This document shows, piece by piece, positions 8,257-18,465 of a stretch of DNA of 64,000 nucleotides. This DNA comes from a virus. Taxonomy: Duplodnaviria > Heunggongvirae > Uroviricota > Caudoviricetes. The position numbers and the translations under genes are program-made. The DNA lies in the IMG/VR virus record IMGVR_UViG_3300045960_000077, positions 47,422-111,421 of that record; one strand, 5' to 3'. How positions within the stretch are numbered: position 1 is the stretch's first letter; each line of letters starts with the position of its first letter. The notes below the pieces were generated by a model, which ran no database searches, had not been told where the DNA came from, and worked only from the letters and a program-made list of their open reading frames with translations.

Positions 8257-11200
8257 GCATTCTGTTGAACCGATTGAAGTTGAAGGGAATTTTGCTGATC
8301 TTGTAGATTCAATCGCCGATATGTCAGTCAGCGCCTGCCAAAACTGTCCTCTCTCTAAACTAGAAATCAACAAAGATTTTGTGAAACCTTCGGGTTATCC
8401 AAGAGCTCGTATTATGTTCGTTGGAATGAATCCTTCGAACAAGCGCTGCTCCACAACTGTATTTGGTGGTGAAGATGACCGCCACAAAGCAATTGTCAAT
8501 GAAATGTTAAAAGGTGTCAATTTGACACGCGACAACGTCTATTTTACCAATTTCCTTAAATGTTCGACTGCAGATAACAAGTTTGATGAAGAATCTGCCA
8601 AGAGATGCGTAGGCAAACTCATTGACGAGATTGCCATCGTAGATCCTGATCTTATAGTATGTCTTGGCGAAACTGTCGCAAACCTGTTTGGTGTTGACTT
8701 CCATCATAATTTTGGTCCTGTCAAAAATGGAGATTATCTAGTTGCGAAAGCATATCATCCGTCTTATTTTATTAGAAGTGGAAAAAGTTCAGAAGATAAT
8801 CTTAAACTCCTCAAGGAGATGATAGATGAAATCAACCTCAGGAGCTTCGTCAACCTTCATGTTCATAACGAATTCTCAATTAGAGACGGCATTGGAACAG
8901 CTGAAGAGCATGTCATGTGGGGACTTAAACACAAGGCTCCAGCCGTTGCCCTCACAAATCACGGAAATGTATCTGTGTTCTTCAAGCAATATGAAGCATG
9001 CAAGCGTGCAGGTATCAAGCCGATCTATGGGGCAGAGCTATATATCATTCCTGATCGTGCAGCGCTTATTCCTTACATCGGTTCCGAGGCCGAAGGTGCT
9101 GTTGAAAAGCGCAAAGAGCTCGGAGGTAGCAGACATCACATACTTATTCTTGCCAAAAACTATACGGGATTAAAAAACCTCTTCAAGATTACATCATTAG
9201 CATTCATGCATTCATTCTATAAGTTTCCCCTTATTGACTTTGAATTGCTTGCTGAAAATAAAGAAGGGTTGATTATTTCTACTGCATGTGCTAGCGGAGA
9301 ATTAAATAGATTAATCGCTGCTGGCAAAAACAATGACGCCATCAAATATGTTGAAAAATATAAAGCTGAGTTCGGCGATAACTTCTATCTCGAAATGATG
9401 TCTATGAACTATAGTCATCAATGGGAACTTAATAAGTGCCTGTGGGACATCTCTAAGCAGACAGGCGTAAAGACCATTGTAACGACAGACGCTCATTATC
9501 TCTACCCAGATGATCAGAAAGTTCATGAAGCTATTCTATTGCTTCAAACAAAGATGTCATATAAGCAGAAGGACGAAGAAGAGCCCGATGAAGAGATTCC
9601 CGAAGAAGATCAGGATGTCGAAACTGAAAAGCTGTGGGAATTTACCGTAAAAGATCTCTATCTCAAAACATTCAATCATGTGTATAAAGATCATGAAGCT
9701 GGGAAATGGTTTGGTCTTGCAGAAAATGGAGGTGTCAAGAATGATTATGACGCTTTCACGACAACAATGAAAAATACATATGACCTGTTCACTAAAATAG
9801 AGAATTTTGATCTCGACAAAACAATCAAAATACCTAAGCTTTATGAAGATGGAGCGAAAGTCTTATACGATAAGATTGCCGAGGGCCTTAAATTTCGTAA
9901 TATTCCTAAAGATAAGCTTCCCGAATATAAAGCTAGATGTCGTAGAGAATATGACGTCATTGTCAAAATGGGATTTGTTGATTACTTTTTAATTCTAGAA
10001 GACATGATCCGGTGGACTAAGAAGACCTTTGGACGGTATTCTGTAGGGCCAGGTAGAGGATCTGCAGGAGGGTCGCTTGTCAATTACCTTACCGAAATTA
10101 CAGATATTGATCCAATCAAACACAATCTCCTCTTCGAGAGGTTCTTGGACGAGGGTAGGAAGGATTTACCCGACGTCGATATCGATTTCAGGCCTGATGT
10201 TAGAGACAAAGTTAAAGAATACCTCGTCACTAAATATGGCGCTGATAAGGTTGCTACTATTTGCAATTATCAAGTTGCTAAAGTTAAATCATCGATTAAA
10301 GACGCAGCCAGAATATACAACCTTGATTTTGCGGAAGTAAACAAAGTCACAAACGCGATTCCGTTTTTCATATATAATGGCAGCACTAAAGATACGATTG
10401 ATAATATGACGTATGAATGGATTAATGAACACTATAAAGAAGTCTCTGACTTCCTGAAGAGGTACCCCGATGTCGACAAACTATTTAGAAGGCTTCGTAA
10501 CTCGATTAAAGCGATTGGTCGTCACGCTGCAGGTTTGGTTGTCTCGGATGTCACGCTTTATGATTGGATTCCATTAGTTAGAGCTAGAGAAAATATTGTA
10601 ACGGCAAACACAGAAGGCGGAGATTATCATGAACTTACTGGCCAAGGATTTGTTAAATTTGATATTTTGGGCCTTAATAATATTGCCGTCGTCACTGATT
10701 GTATGGATCTTGTTAAGAATCGCTATGGCGTGGAGATCGATTGGGATAGAATTGATGTCGAGGCGCCAGAAGCTTATGGACTTGCTAAACGAGGAGATTT
10801 GCTTGGAGTATTCCAATTTGAATCAGGACTCGCCCATAGAGTCACCGATGACGTCCAGCCCGATTGTTTCGACGATTTATCAGCAATTAATGCAATCATT
10901 AGGCCGGGTCCCCTTGACATGGGAATGGAGAAGGAATTTGCACGAAGAAAGAGATCTGGTGACTGGGAAAAGAACGTACACCCAAGCTACGCCCAGCTTC
11001 TTAAGGCAACTTATGGAATCATTGTCTACCAAGAAGATTTCATGAGAATTTTCAGAGAGATTGGAAAATTCAACGCAATTGAAGTTAACAAGTCACGAAA
11101 GGATCTAGTCAAGTATGAACGATCTACAAAGTCAGAGACAGCAAGACTTAAGAGAGTGGATTCGTGGCATGATAAATTCATCAGTAATGCCTCCGAAGTC

Positions 11201-12202
11201 ATGGATGAAGAAGCCGCCAACAGTTTGTGGGATCTCATTAGATCATTTGCTCGCTATGGATTTAACAAATCCCACGCTGACGCCTATACAATTACAAGTT
11301 TTAGAGAACTATGGCTTAAAGCTCACTACGGATTAGAATTCTATACGGCTTTACTTAATAATACGTTCCGTGCGAAGGAGGATAAATATGGAACATCGTC
11401 GGTTGCAAAATATATATCTCATATCCAAACAAATCCTGTATACTCCTGTGAGGGAGGAAAGTTCGTCAAAAGACCAAAAGTTAGGATTTTACCTGTCGAC
11501 ATTAACAAATCAGGTAAGGAGTTCGAAATCGATGGTAACGATATCAGATTCGGACTCACCTTCGTTAAAGGAATAACGCCAGATGCAGCTGACGAAATTA
11601 TCCGAAATCGACCATTCAAATCCATTGGAGATCTTATCAACTCTGATAAAAAATCTCTCAAAAATAAGAGAGTCATCGTCGCACTTATCCAGTCAGGAGC
11701 TCTGGATTCTATTGCAGGATCAGAGGGAAGATCTGAACTATATAATCGATTTATTACTGAAAGAAAATATAAAGAAGATCCGGTTGCGTGGGACCTCACA
11801 GAAACAATACAAAACGAAATAGAGTATACGAACATCTCATTCACTGAAGTTGATTATTTCACTAGGCTAAAAGAGGCAGTGAAAGAAAAGCATGGTGATA
11901 AACTCAAGATGGCTGCACTTGAAGATGCTGCCGATCTAGATAATGGACGAGAAGTATCTTGTTTCTTTAGAATCAATATGATAATGAAAAAGAAAACAAA
12001 GAATGGAAAGAAATATTATGTGCTAGGTTTATCTGACGGCATCTCTAATATGGGTCGTATTTATTACTGGGCACATAAAGAAGAAAGTCCCATAAACTGT
12101 GAAGACAAGAAGATCATAAATAACGTATACATAGGTACAATCAATAAGCAAAACAATTTCTTCGGATTAAAGAAAGCGAGGTTTGTAAAGAGCATATGCT
12201 AA
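8225..12202 (+). CDS. dnaE: DNA polymerase III alpha-like (DnaE/PolC family) with N-terminal family-4 UDG-like domain
   Basis: N-terminus has CQNCPLSK plus AYHPSYF, resembling UDG family 4 CxxC and HPS motifs. It is followed by the PHP domain NLHVHNEFSIRDG and the DnaE core (GRGSAGGSLVNYLTEITDIDPIKHNLLFERFL); 1325 aa. Confidence 0.85.
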   Translation: MIKTITIAGVKHSVEPIEVEGNFADLVDSIADMSVSACQNCPLSKLEINKDFVKPSGYPRARIMFVGMNPSNKRCSTTVFGGEDDRHKAIVNEMLKGVNLTRDNVYFTNFLKCSTADNKFDEESAKRCVGKLIDEIAIVDPDLIVCLGETVANLFGVDFHHNFGPVKNGDYLVAKAYHPSYFIRSGKSSEDNLKLLKEMIDEINLRSFVNLHVHNEFSIRDGIGTAEEHVMWGLKHKAPAVALTNHGNVSVFFKQYEACKRAGIKPIYGAELYIIPDRAALIPYIGSEAEGAVEKRKELGGSRHHILILAKNYTGLKNLFKITSLAFMHSFYKFPLIDFELLAENKEGLIISTACASGELNRLIAAGKNNDAIKYVEKYKAEFGDNFYLEMMSMNYSHQWELNKCLWDISKQTGVKTIVTTDAHYLYPDDQKVHEAILLLQTKMSYKQKDEEEPDEEIPEEDQDVETEKLWEFTVKDLYLKTFNHVYKDHEAGKWFGLAENGGVKNDYDAFTTTMKNTYDLFTKIENFDLDKTIKIPKLYEDGAKVLYDKIAEGLKFRNIPKDKLPEYKARCRREYDVIVKMGFVDYFLILEDMIRWTKKTFGRYSVGPGRGSAGGSLVNYLTEITDIDPIKHNLLFERFLDEGRKDLPDVDIDFRPDVRDKVKEYLVTKYGADKVATICNYQVAKVKSSIKDAARIYNLDFAEVNKVTNAIPFFIYNGSTKDTIDNMTYEWINEHYKEVSDFLKRYPDVDKLFRRLRNSIKAIGRHAAGLVVSDVTLYDWIPLVRARENIVTANTEGGDYHELTGQGFVKFDILGLNNIAVVTDCMDLVKNRYGVEIDWDRIDVEAPEAYGLAKRGDLLGVFQFESGLAHRVTDDVQPDCFDDLSAINAIIRPGPLDMGMEKEFARRKRSGDWEKNVHPSYAQLLKATYGIIVYQEDFMRIFREIGKFNAIEVNKSRKDLVKYERSTKSETARLKRVDSWHDKFISNASEVMDEEAANSLWDLIRSFARYGFNKSHADAYTITSFRELWLKAHYGLEFYTALLNNTFRAKEDKYGTSSVAKYISHIQTNPVYSCEGGKFVKRPKVRILPVDINKSGKEFEIDGNDIRFGLTFVKGITPDAADEIIRNRPFKSIGDLINSDKKSLKNKRVIVALIQSGALDSIAGSEGRSELYNRFITERKYKEDPVAWDLTETIQNEIEYTNISFTEVDYFTRLKEAVKEKHGDKLKMAALEDAADLDNGREVSCFFRINMIMKKKTKNGKKYYVLGLSDGISNMGRIYYWAHKEESPINCEDKKIINNVYIGTINKQNNFFGLKKARFVKSIC

Positions 12203-12660
12203 GACAGCCAACATATATTGATTTAGAGGGAGCAGATTTAACTGGAAAGTCTACGCTCTTGAAGACCACATTTAAAGTATCTGACTATAGTAAAATTCTA
12301 TGCTTTCATGATCGAGGGATATTAACGCATTATCTCTACAATAAAGTTTTTGAAAGATTTCCAGAGAATAAAAAACTATGGAATGAAGAATTATACAAAT
12401 TTGTCCAAGATAATGGTATAATCATATTGACAGCTAGCAAAGAAACGTTAATCAATCGCTATCAGTCGAGGAGTGATGATTTATTCAAACTGGAAAATAT
12501 CATTAAAATGAATGATGCATACGTAGAGATTTATATAGATTGGCTAAGCTCTTTCGATACAGTAAAAATGATTGATGTTGGTAATAAAAACCCAATGCAA
12601 GTATATAAGGAAGCAGAAGAATTGTATGAACGAATGTATTCAAGAGGTGCAACATGGTAA
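12196..12660 (+). CDS. thymidylate kinase-like P-loop kinase
   Basis: DLEGADLTGKSTLLKT matches the Tmk P-loop pattern D.EG.D..GKST. Confidence 0.55.
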   Translation: MLRQPTYIDLEGADLTGKSTLLKTTFKVSDYSKILCFHDRGILTHYLYNKVFERFPENKKLWNEELYKFVQDNGIIILTASKETLINRYQSRSDDLFKLENIIKMNDAYVEIYIDWLSSFDTVKMIDVGNKNPMQVYKEAEELYERMYSRGATW

Positions 12661-13670
12661 GAGCATTCTTAACGGGTGAAAAAGGATTTATAGCTAAGAA
12701 TCTCATTAAGGTTGCAGCCGACCGTATTAAGTTTATAAACCGGGAAGCAGCTGGAACTGATAATTTTCTTTTCTGTAATAATGAAAAGGGTGAATTCGAT
12801 TTCACTAGCTCATTAGGCATAGGAATACTAAAGAAAGAATTGAAGCGATCTGAATGCGACGTTATAATTCATAATGGAGCGACTGTAGGCACTGATGTTT
12901 GTGGTCTACACCCAAAAGAAGCTATTCTCAATAATGTCTATGGCACATATAACATCGCCTTAATAGCTAAGCAATTAAATATCCCGGTTATCTATATAGG
13001 AACCACCGTCATATACGACACTCAGAAAGTTCAGCGCGAATGGATTACTGAGTCATCGCCAATATTCCCACGAACACTCTATGCTACGACCAAGTATGAG
13101 GGCGAGTTAATCATTAGAGCATATTGTCAGGAATCAAAATATTGCATTCTTCGCCCTCTTTTCTGCTACGGCGGTGAGGGAGACATGAATTCTCTTATTG
13201 CTAAAGCTATTTTTAACGATGTTTCTGGGAGAAAGAAGCCCTTTAAAATATTCTTAAACCCAGAAAAAATCAAAGATTATATGCATGTTGATGACTTTTG
13301 TCGAGCTATTACTGAAGCTGCTACAATGAAAACAATCTTGACTTCAAATACTGATTATAATATTTCTGCCGATGATCCTGTACGAACCACAGATATCGTT
13401 GACGAAATTGAATATAATAAAATCGATGTATCATATATCAGGTGGGTCCCAGAAACTGATTATCTCGGCAACCATAGAGTCGACAATACAAAATTTAAAA
13501 ATGTGACCAGAGGATGTTGGGAGCCTCAAATTTCTCTGGCTACTGGCATTAGAGCAGTTAGAGATAGCTATAATTATAATATTGATGAAAATTATAATCC
13601 ATTTGCGCATCTTGACAATATTGAAAAGAATAACGTTAATATTGAAACGCACTATAACTTCAAGGGGTAA
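12654..13670 (+). CDS. NAD-dependent epimerase/dehydratase (SDR family)
   Basis: Rossmann N-terminus (AFLTGEKGFIAKNL) and SDR catalytic YxxxK (YATTKYEGE). Confidence 0.7.
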   Translation: MVRAFLTGEKGFIAKNLIKVAADRIKFINREAAGTDNFLFCNNEKGEFDFTSSLGIGILKKELKRSECDVIIHNGATVGTDVCGLHPKEAILNNVYGTYNIALIAKQLNIPVIYIGTTVIYDTQKVQREWITESSPIFPRTLYATTKYEGELIIRAYCQESKYCILRPLFCYGGEGDMNSLIAKAIFNDVSGRKKPFKIFLNPEKIKDYMHVDDFCRAITEAATMKTILTSNTDYNISADDPVRTTDIVDEIEYNKIDVSYIRWVPETDYLGNHRVDNTKFKNVTRGCWEPQISLATGIRAVRDSYNYNIDENYNPFAHLDNIEKNNVNIETHYNFKG

Positions 13671-13672
13671 TT

Positions 13673-14254
13673 ATGTCTGTCATTAGTGAATATGAAGATC
13701 TTGTATACGAGCTAACTCATAGAGAGGGCGATAATCAAATAGTTAGTCTCCCGTATGAATGGACATTTAATTTTGAATATAATAATCTTGCAGCTTTTCG
13801 CGAACAATACTTAGATCAAGCACAATGGCTAGCTCTTAAAGGACCTCTAATTCGCACTAAAGATGATGTAATGCCGAGAGTAACAAGACCTCAACGATCT
13901 GGTATCTATGAAAAAGAACGCTATGAAAGAGATATGATTTTAAATGATCTGAAATTTGCAACACATATTATGATGAGCAAGTACAAAGAACCCATAGAAT
14001 CAAGAAGATTTATGGCAACTAATGATTCATGCCTGTCTTTCGTCCAAGTGACAGTCGATCAAAACAATTATAGATGGGTTTTTGTTAGTAGAAGTACTGA
14101 AGTTAATAAAATGCTACCCGCAGATTTATATACTATCGGAAATATAATAGAAAGATGGACTGAATGGTTCACAGAGTATAATTCTCAACACTACAGCCCA
14201 ACGAGAGGAATACGGATTTCATTCATGCTGAATAATCCTCACTACTACAAATGA
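13673..14254 (+). CDS. hypothetical protein
   Basis: 193-aa ORF, translationally coupled within the operon. Confidence 0.4.
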   Translation: MSVISEYEDLVYELTHREGDNQIVSLPYEWTFNFEYNNLAAFREQYLDQAQWLALKGPLIRTKDDVMPRVTRPQRSGIYEKERYERDMILNDLKFATHIMMSKYKEPIESRRFMATNDSCLSFVQVTVDQNNYRWVFVSRSTEVNKMLPADLYTIGNIIERWTEWFTEYNSQHYSPTRGIRISFMLNNPHYYK

Positions 14255-16440
14255 TTACTATAATTGCAGAGCCTTCAAAGAAAGCAGGAAGTCAGGAAAA
14301 ACTGGTTTCCATCTTCAGAAAGCTAAAAGAAGCCAATAAAGAACTCGAAATCAATCTCAAGATCGCTAAGCGAACAGATTCAATGCGAGGATATAGGCCT
14401 AAGGATGAAGAAGTCCTTATAATCTTTGGTGCCAAACTATATCAGCACGTCTTGAGAGACATCAATGAATTCGACAAGATGGCAGGTAATAGCCAGAGAG
14501 ATGTTCATAAGTTTTCTTATTTCGTTAGAAGAGATAAGAAGCATTATTTTATTGCCTGCATGCCTCCTATTGATCTGACAATGACCAAGCCTGATTCATT
14601 CTTGGCGTTTGAGTCGTTTATGAAAACGTTAATGTCGATAACGCAGAACTTCAAGATAAGTATTAGAGACGCATATTTAAACAAATCACTTCTTGCTCGT
14701 CGAGAGTGGCCTATTGATGTAGTTGAAAATGGATTCTCTCCGAAAACCAAACTATATATGAACTATAACGATGTCAAAGCGTATTTATATAGTTTATTCG
14801 ATCTACCTGCTTATAGCCTTGTTGCAATAGATACAGAAACTAACGGATTAGAAATCTGGGATGAGAGTAAGCATGATCTTAGGATTATGTCATTCGCTAA
14901 TGAAGACAACCTTGGTCACGCCATTAATCTATCACTTCCTGGTTTAACGGGATGCTATCAGAATGGTCAAGTACAGGAGATAAGAGACCTTGTTGAAAAA
15001 TACATTTTCGAAAAGCACAAAACATTCGTCGCTTGGAACTGTGGCTTTGATATATTTGCTATTTGTAATTTATTTAACCGTTCATATCGCGACTTTATCA
15101 AAGTCAACAAAATACTCGACGGAATGCAGCTCCTTCATGTCCTTTGTGAAAATAGAAAAATAGAAGGATATAATCTTAAAGCAGCTGCACGAGATCTTCT
15201 TAACTTTCCGCAATACTCATTCGTACAGAAATACCTTGATTATCTTAAAGAATGGCAGACATATTCTCCTGATAAGATCATCGAATCCGCCACCAACAGT
15301 CTAACATATGCTGCAGAAGATGCTGCTGGTGAGTATGCTTTGACCACGCGGATTAAACGAGAATTGGACGAAAATCCTATTTCTTTTCAACATGTTAATG
15401 CGATATCACCTAAAATAATGGCCGTCAAATTGGAAACCGAATGGAATGGATTTACTATCGATATAGAAGGAATGGTAAAGAACTCACTTGTATTTGGAGG
15501 GTGGGAACTCGACAATATTGTTAAACCAGTACTTAAGAAATGTCAAGACGCCAGCGATGGAAGATTACACGCAGAAATGTTTGTATTTTCAACTGTGACT
15601 GGTCGACTATTATATGGTAAGCCCTATCTAAATGGAATGAAAATAGGATCAAAAGCATCTGAATACTTCGTCGCAGATCCTGGGCACACATTAGTCTATG
15701 TCGACTTAGACTCAGCTGATCTTAGATCTGCAGCATTAGTAGCTCAAGAGAAAACTCTCATCTCAGATCTTAATGACGAAGGAGATTATTATATCAAGTT
15801 CGCTAAAGAATTATTCGGAGATATTGAGATAACTGATAAAGAAAGAAATGTTGCAAAGCTGTTCATTCTCAGTATGCTTAATTATGCAGGTGACACTACT
15901 ATCGCTAAAGAAACAGGTGTCAGCGTAGGTGATGTAAAAGCCTATAAAGAAAAGTTCTATAATCGATATCCGAGGATGAGAACTTATCAGGTATACCTAC
16001 AGACTTTCCTAAGACAAAATAATTATGTGTTCTCGCCTACGTGGAGAATGAGGAGATTCTCTGAAGATGATCTAGATCCTGCCACGAATCAGTGGAAGTC
16101 GATTTTAAGTGCTCAGAATTTCCCTTTTCAGTCTACAACGGCAGATCTTATGGTCGTGAATTGCTTCAGCTTCTTAGGAAAAACTCGAGAATATGGCGTA
16201 AAACAGTGCCTTTTAAACGTAGATGCTGCTATTTTCAACGTTCCCGATGAACATCTAGATACAGTTAAGGACAAGTTCAGCATATTCGAAGAAGTTCACA
16301 GTGATATTATAAGAGGTGCAAAATATTTTCAAGAAAAAGTGTTTTTTGACCTCGCTGAGTCTAATTTACCTATTGTTATTCCGCAGTTTACGTACAAATT
16401 GTATCGTGGGAAAAACCTCAAAGATATGGAGAAATGGTAA
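14251..16440 (+). CDS. family A (Pol I-like) DNA polymerase with 3'-5' exonuclease domain; motif C appears altered
   Basis: DEDD exonuclease motifs are present (AIDTETNGL, WNCGFDIFAI, YAAEDAAGEY). Pol A motif A-like DLDSADLR and motif B-like RNVAKLFILSMLNYAG are present. The motif C position reads LLNVDAAIF rather than LLQVHDEL. Confidence 0.6.
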   Translation: MITIIAEPSKKAGSQEKLVSIFRKLKEANKELEINLKIAKRTDSMRGYRPKDEEVLIIFGAKLYQHVLRDINEFDKMAGNSQRDVHKFSYFVRRDKKHYFIACMPPIDLTMTKPDSFLAFESFMKTLMSITQNFKISIRDAYLNKSLLARREWPIDVVENGFSPKTKLYMNYNDVKAYLYSLFDLPAYSLVAIDTETNGLEIWDESKHDLRIMSFANEDNLGHAINLSLPGLTGCYQNGQVQEIRDLVEKYIFEKHKTFVAWNCGFDIFAICNLFNRSYRDFIKVNKILDGMQLLHVLCENRKIEGYNLKAAARDLLNFPQYSFVQKYLDYLKEWQTYSPDKIIESATNSLTYAAEDAAGEYALTTRIKRELDENPISFQHVNAISPKIMAVKLETEWNGFTIDIEGMVKNSLVFGGWELDNIVKPVLKKCQDASDGRLHAEMFVFSTVTGRLLYGKPYLNGMKIGSKASEYFVADPGHTLVYVDLDSADLRSAALVAQEKTLISDLNDEGDYYIKFAKELFGDIEITDKERNVAKLFILSMLNYAGDTTIAKETGVSVGDVKAYKEKFYNRYPRMRTYQVYLQTFLRQNNYVFSPTWRMRRFSEDDLDPATNQWKSILSAQNFPFQSTTADLMVVNCFSFLGKTREYGVKQCLLNVDAAIFNVPDEHLDTVKDKFSIFEEVHSDIIRGAKYFQEKVFFDLAESNLPIVIPQFTYKLYRGKNLKDMEKW

Positions 16441-16715
16441 TGCCAATTTATGAATTTCAATGCCCAAAATGTAAAAAAACAGAGGAAACTATATTCACAT
16501 TTAGCGAATTTAAATCTCTTTTCGATGATGATGACATTGGTAGATGCCTCTGTGGGACGAAGATTTACAAGAAAAATCAAGTAATCAACTTTGCAGGTGG
16601 AATCAATATGAATGCTTCTGCAATGGGGATTAGCCAGCGGAAATATAAAGGTGCAGCAGGAATTCGTCCCATCATTGACGGGAAAGTTCGTAATGATATG
16701 AAACCCAAGTACTAA
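16434..16715 (+). CDS. zinc-ribbon protein
   Basis: CPKCKK ... CLCG cysteine pairs; 93 aa. Confidence 0.4.
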   Translation: MVMPIYEFQCPKCKKTEETIFTFSEFKSLFDDDDIGRCLCGTKIYKKNQVINFAGGINMNASAMGISQRKYKGAAGIRPIIDGKVRNDMKPKY

Positions 16716-17536
16716 TGATTCACCTAACGAGTCTTCTTCATACGATGTCGCCCTATGCAAATCGATGGGGAGGGCCTCGATATAGGACTGAAGAGCTTGC
16801 AAAGTTTTTAAATAAACATCTCTATAATCAACAAGAAGATCAGCTTCGTAGAGCCGAGATCGTAAATATGTGTTTAGCACATGATGCTTTTGTGGGTTCT
16901 AGACATACGCCTTTATACCCGGCAGCTATTTTAAATCTTGGTGAATGGACAGCTTGGCGTATAAAAGATGAATTAGGATTTGAAGCTGTATTTGCTAAAG
17001 GGACTGAAATTTTAGTCTATAGAGACGAAGAGATAAAGTTTATAAAGATTGAAGATATAAAACCAGGCGACATGAGAGTAATTAATTTCGAACGAGTTGA
17101 TGAATTTAAAAATGATAAAATGCATCATCACTTGGCTTTGACTGAAAATTTCTTATCAATCAAATGTGATACATACGACGAAATTCAGATGCTTCTATGT
17201 GATGGCATAACTGCGATGACGATACTTAGAGAAACCGATAGTATCGTTTACAGAGTTGATCAATTCAATTCTGAAAATTCTCAAGAAGTCTATTTTGTCG
17301 AAGTGACTGAAGTCGAAAATGTGGAAAATCAACAATTTTTTTATATGTACATTAATCCTTTCAGCTATTCATTAAAAAAGAACAGAAATCTAAGCAACCC
17401 TTCTGGAGACCGTGTATATAAGCATCGGTTAGATACAACAGGGCAACGATGGCTGGAAAAAATGAGATCTAAAGTTTTTGCAATGAAGAAAGACAATATT
17501 CCAGTAAAAATGGAGCTAAAGCATGTTAAAGATTAA
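16715..17536 (+). CDS. hypothetical protein
   Basis: 273-aa ORF with the ATGA start/stop overlap pattern. Confidence 0.45.
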   Translation: MIHLTSLLHTMSPYANRWGGPRYRTEELAKFLNKHLYNQQEDQLRRAEIVNMCLAHDAFVGSRHTPLYPAAILNLGEWTAWRIKDELGFEAVFAKGTEILVYRDEEIKFIKIEDIKPGDMRVINFERVDEFKNDKMHHHLALTENFLSIKCDTYDEIQMLLCDGITAMTILRETDSIVYRVDQFNSENSQEVYFVEVTEVENVENQQFFYMYINPFSYSLKKNRNLSNPSGDRVYKHRLDTTGQRWLEKMRSKVFAMKKDNIPVKMELKHVKD

Positions 17537-17692
17537 GATAAAGAAGGGAGTCGAGAAACTGGAAATTCCTCTTGGCATATACGTAAACGGGTATATAATT
17601 AAAGCACCCTTGTGCCCACAACCTAAAAGTATGGTACTATTAAACAATAGGGTGAATACAAACGTTCACACCGATCACAAAGGAGATTAACA

Positions 17693-18385
17693 ATGGCTAC
17701 ACCCAAGACAATCGTTTCAGAGCAATTTTTCCACAAAACGTCTACAATGAGATTCGAATTAGGATCTTACAAGGATGCTACAAAGTTTAAGATTGAAATT
17801 GCACCTCAGCTTCAACAGAACGGTCAACCCGTAGAAAAACGCTTCGATTATGATCAGAAGCTTTCAATGGTATTCGGGCTTGGAGAGATTCTTAGAATCA
17901 AGCGATTCGTAGAGAATATTCTCAACCCACAAAAGGCTAATGTTCCAAAAGATGGATATGTAATTGAACATTTCTTCGAAGTCGATGGACAGAAGAAGAA
18001 ATCAGCTTTATTCATGAAGAGAGTTGATAATCTTCTCAAGAATAATGAAAAGATGTGGGCGCAGTGTCCATATCAATTTGCCTACAGCGTTGCAGTAACT
18101 CTTTATTCTTCAATGAAGGAGAAATCAACTTCATTTATCATGTCATCTGAAGAAGCCTATTGGGTGATGAATGAAATGCCGTTCTTCGCATGGGCGTTTC
18201 AAGCAGAGAATGCTCGTATTCAAGATGAAAATAGAGTACTCAAGGCTTCGGGAGCACCACCTCCCGATACTTCTGGTCGTAGTCCATATAGAGCTCCTGC
18301 ACCAGGAGCAGATGTTTCAGGTGAACCAGGAACAGCCACACCAGCCTTCCCTTCGGACTCGGCTTTCGACGACATCCCATTCTAA
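17693..18385 (+). CDS. ssb: single-stranded DNA-binding protein (SSB)
   Basis: C-terminus ends ...SAFDDIPF, matching the bacterial SSB acidic tail DDDIPF. It follows a Pro/Gly/Ala-rich linker and sits between PolA-like and DnaB genes. Confidence 0.6.
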   Translation: MATPKTIVSEQFFHKTSTMRFELGSYKDATKFKIEIAPQLQQNGQPVEKRFDYDQKLSMVFGLGEILRIKRFVENILNPQKANVPKDGYVIEHFFEVDGQKKKSALFMKRVDNLLKNNEKMWAQCPYQFAYSVAVTLYSSMKEKSTSFIMSSEEAYWVMNEMPFFAWAFQAENARIQDENRVLKASGAPPPDTSGRSPYRAPAPGADVSGEPGTATPAFPSDSAFDDIPF

Positions 18386-18465
18386 TCTTTCAAAGGCAGG
18401 TTCTCTCGATGAGATTAAATTGCCGGGTCAGGTTCGGCAAGCCTGCCATTTTCTTGAGGTGACAA

